From: Emiliania huxleyi CCMP1516
Lineage: Eukaryota
DNA length: 20,000 bases
Assembly (NCBI RefSeq): GCF_000372725.1
Contig: NW_005201912.1
Location: forward strand, 182,530 to 202,529
Direction: 5' to 3'
Positions 16,637 to 20,000 of the stretch are shown here, piece by piece. Position 1 is the first letter of the stretch. Each line of letters starts with the position of its first letter. The position numbers were made by a program, and so were the translations under genes. The notes below the pieces were generated by a model, which saw only the letters and a list, made by a program, of their open reading frames with translations, made no database searches and was not told the origin of the DNA.

Positions 16637-19600
16637 TCACACCCGCTCCGGCCCAGAGGCTCCTCCTGCTCCCCCCTCCTTGGTCGCCGTCCCATCGCTC
16701 GCGTCGCCCGCGCTCGACCCCCCACTGCTCCGGCATGGTGGTGACCTCTCGGATGAGCGCCTCCACGCCCGCATCAGCGCCGCGTGGTCGGTGGCGGGGG
16801 CCTGGCCGGTCGGCGTCTGCACTCCCCCGCCGGGACTACGCCCCTCCTGGTCGGGAGTCGGCGAGAAGGAGAGCCTCCACGATCGCACCAGCGCTGCGTG
16901 GTCGGTGACCACCAAGCCGAGCTCGACGTTGGGTCCGGGTGGGCCGGCGCGCGCCCTGTCGGCGTCGCCTCTGCCGTACGCGTGGATCGCCCGGATCGCG
17001 TCCGCTGCCACCGCCTCCATCTTTGCACCGTCCGCGTCGTCGAGCTCGCCCTTGGCCGACTCGCCGCTGTCGTCCGTGGTGTGCGAGCACGTGGTGCTGC
17101 GCGTCTCCGCAGGCGAGCACTTCGCACCGTCCGCTCCAGCCTCGCCGCCGGCCTCCGCCCTCGCCGGCTCTGCCTCGCTGCGCCTGTCCGAGGGGGGCCT
17201 CTTCAAGGCCGGCAGGCGCCGCATCACCGTCGGGGTCCACCGCGAGCCGCTCGAGGCGGTGCTCCTCCGGCTCAGCGACCTCTCAATCTTCTTCTGCACT
17301 CGCTGCACGTCGTGCCCGCTCTCCGCCTGCGTAGCGGCAAATCTCGCGGTCAGCCGCGGAGACTGCCGGGTTCCCCTCTCGGGTGGTCGAATCTCTCTCT
17401 CTCTCTCTCCGCCTGCGCGACGGCCTCGTCCAGGATCTGCGGGTCCAGATCGATGGCGCGCTCAACGAGGTGGATCAGCTCGCCAAACAAGTCCCGGCGC
17501 GGGTCGAAGCACCCTCCAAAGACGCGTGTCGGAAGCCGCGAGAGGAGCCGCTTCCGGAGCGGCAGCTGCGCGAGCCGCTGCGCCGACATGCGCAACTTCG
17601 GCGGGAAGATCTCGCCCCGCTTCGCGCCGCGGATCTCGTTGAGCACGAGCTGCAGCGTCTGGGCGCGCCGCTCCTCGCTGCCCACTTGACACAGCGCCGC
17701 CTCGGCTGCCGCGGCGGGCGAGGACTGCCACGGCACCGCCTGCGCGCGCCGCTTGAGCTCCAGGGCGTACAGCTCCGCGTACAACCCGAGAATGGGCAGC
17801 ACGATCGAGAGGTAGTCGCCCTCGTCCGTCACGTCGCCCTCAAACACGCGCAGCACCGACATCAGCCACTCGCTGTCGAGCTCGCCGAGGCGCCTGTGGA
17901 GAGAGAGGGCGCGGCGGCGGCGACAGTGAGGGCGGCGGGGGCGAGGCGGCAGCGGCGGGGCCGGCAGCGGCGAGGTGGCGGCGAGGTGGCGGCGAGGTGG
18001 CGGCGTTGCAACCTGCAGTCGTCCTCTGTGGTCGCGCACCACATCGTGCCTGTGCCCTTGCGCAGCACGTGGCACAGTTGCTCACAGCGGCACCACATCC
18101 GGCGCTGGTACGACTGCACGTTGCACACCTCGCCCGTGTCCGCGTGAATCGTGGTCGGCGCGCAAATCACAAAGGCGTGTGCAGCCGCGCAGTAACAGGC
18201 GATGGTCTGCACGGCCAGCTGCTTGAGCAGGGGCTTGCTCTGGGGGATCGAGGCCAGGTCCACCCACACCTGCACGTTGGCCTCCTCCCAGCCCGTGTCG
18301 GCGATGACACGCCGCAGCGACGCGGCCATCACTCTGTACTGCACTCCGAGCGGGTCGGGCGTGCCAAAGGAGAGCCACTGGTGCGAGAAGAAGACGACGT
18401 GTTTGTCGGCGAGCTGCCGCGGCGAGTCGTAAAAGAGCAGCTGGCCCTCGGCACGCAGCGCCTCGTGCTCGCGCAGTGACCCCATCCGCAGAAAGGCGCG
18501 CGCCGGCAGCAGCACGCACGGGTGGTCGAGCCGGTGTACGCCGCGGATCGCCTCGAGCACCTGCTTCGCCGCATTCTCGGGTGACCTCGGGTGATCTCGG
18601 GTGACCTCGGGTGACCTCGGGTGACCCCCTTTGACCGCGTATGACCTCGGGTGACCTCGGGTGGACATATCGGTCGATCTCGGGTCATCTCGCGCGCCTG
18701 CTTGGCCGCGATCTCGCGCCGCTTGAAGTTGCGCACGGAGAGGCTCGCGCGGTAGGTGAGCGCCACGAAGAGGAGGAGGAGCGCGCCGAAGACGGAGGTG
18801 AGAAGGATAATGAGGCGGCGCTGCTGCCGCCGCTCCGCCTCACGCTCCCGCTCGCGCGCGAGCAGGGCGTCTTCGGGCGGCGTGGCGGACCTAGGCATCC
18901 ATGCAGTGACGGGTGAACGGCTGTGGTGGAGCGAGGGCATCCTCGGGCTGGCTTGGCGGACCCGTCTCGAAAGAGGAGGGGCACGGTCTCGACCGCTTCC
19001 CAGTCCACCGCCGCAGCTTCGCCGGGCAGTATCTTGCAGATCCGCGGGGCCAGCCTCTTGCACGAAGCTGGCTCGGGAGAGGCTGGCTCGGTCGAGCAAT
19101 CAGCCGTCTCCGTATCAGTAACCAGCCTCCGGCGGGGCCAATCAGCCGTCTCCGTAAAAAAGCGGGAGAAGGTGAAGATGAGCCCCGAAGCGTTCCTGTC
19201 CAGCCGGGCGTCGAAGGCGACAGGCCCGGATGCGCCGTCGAAGCTCACCTGCCAGGGCGTGTCATGGACGTGTCATGGACGTGTCATGGGCGTGTCAGTG
19301 TCATGGACCCGTCCCGCAGCGGGAGCGCGCACCCTTGCGAGCGAGCGAAGGACGTCTGTGCCCCGGTGAGGGTTGTCGCTCGCGCGCATGCCCATGGCGA
19401 GCCCGGCGACGGCGTCGTACGCGAAGGCGGCGTACTGCGTGGGCGGCGACGAGAAGACGGAGGGCGGGACGTCGAAGATGCCTCCGGCGCCGGCGCGGGT
19501 GCAATCGTCGGGTCCGAGGCTGCTCCACAGCCTGGCAAGCCGCTGGAAGCCGAAGGCGGGCACCGGGTTGGCCTCAAAGGAGAGCCTGTGCGACGTGTCT

Positions 19601-20000
19601 CGGGTGTCTCAGGCGTGTCTCGGGCCGCCTTGGCGGGGAGGCGAGCGGCGAGGAGGGAGCTGGCGGGGAGGGGGGCGGGCGAGCAGTCGAGCGCGGGGAG
19701 TGGAGTGAGGCGGAGGGGTGAAGGAGAGAGGCGGGAGCTGTGCGCACATGCCGGCCATCAGGCGCGTCGCCTCTGGGTTGGTGCCTAGGTTGGCGGCGCT
19801 GCCGGAGCCCTCGATGATGATCCACACAAAGTTGTCTGCCAGCAGGCCCTCGTCCTCTGCGCTGCTTAGCAGCGGAAGCAGGTCGACCTCGAAGCTCAGC
19901 GAGACGATGATGTTCACTCCGATGTCCCTCATCATCTGCACCGCCTCGCGGATCTCCGCCGCGTTGCTCTCCGTCCAGCTGCCGCTGAACTGCGTCAGCC
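16637..20000 (-). CDS. Single-pass receptor: ANF-receptor/Venus-flytrap-like ectodomain + TM + HET-like cytoplasmic domain (5' end outside the window)
   Basis: Exons 20000-19748, 19585-19333, 19248-18962, 18890-18698, 18560-18013, 17893-17413, 17326-16637 (donors GT,GT,GT,GC,GT,GC) join in frame. Ectodomain motifs: GVNIIV..AEDEGLLADNFVWI, YAAFAYDAV, VSFDGASGPVAFD. TM: LIILLTSVFGALLLLFVALTY. HET-like motifs: VFFSHQW, VWVDLASIPQ, YQRRMWCRCEQ. Confidence 0.85.
18576..18663. repeat. Intronic 10-bp tandem repeat CTCGGGTGAC
   Basis: About 7 copies in the receptor intron 18697-18561. Confidence 0.9.
19258..19309. repeat. Intronic 11-bp tandem repeat CGTGTCATGGA
   Basis: About 4 copies in the receptor intron 19332-19249. 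Confidence 0.9.

Noticed and set aside
16611..19788. Long plus-strand ORFs opposite the receptor, and similar antisense ORFs across the window
   Set aside because: Shadow frames caused by high GC and codon bias; Arg/Ala/Pro-rich with no motifs.

Overview
GC-rich eukaryotic genomic DNA, not prokaryotic. Spliced genes have many GC-AG introns, several carrying 10-11 bp tandem repeats, which points to a haptophyte such as Emiliania/Gephyrocapsa huxleyi (inference). All gene models were built by eye. They are: a 6-exon YdcF/DUF218-like gene (641-2110, +); a short armadillo-repeat ORF (3249-3542, -); an intronless orphan ORF with an internally duplicated helical domain and a Cys/His tail (4503-5837, +), preceded by a 40-bp-stem hairpin; a 5-exon ABHD1/3-YheT-like hydrolase ending in SKL (7014-8977, +); an AFG1/ZapE-family ATPase (9892-11707, -); a frameshifted TauD-like dioxygenase (about 13400-14264, -); a PH-domain protein with an epsin-like DPW/NPF tail (15299-16465, +); and the 3' part of a multi-exon receptor (16637 to beyond 20000, -). 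The receptor is the main finding. It joins an extracellular Venus-flytrap/ANF-receptor-like domain, one transmembrane helix and a cytoplasmic HET-like (TIR-related) domain. Several introns are flanked by direct repeats, suggesting origin by tandem duplication. Small dispersed, tandem and inverted repeats occur between genes.
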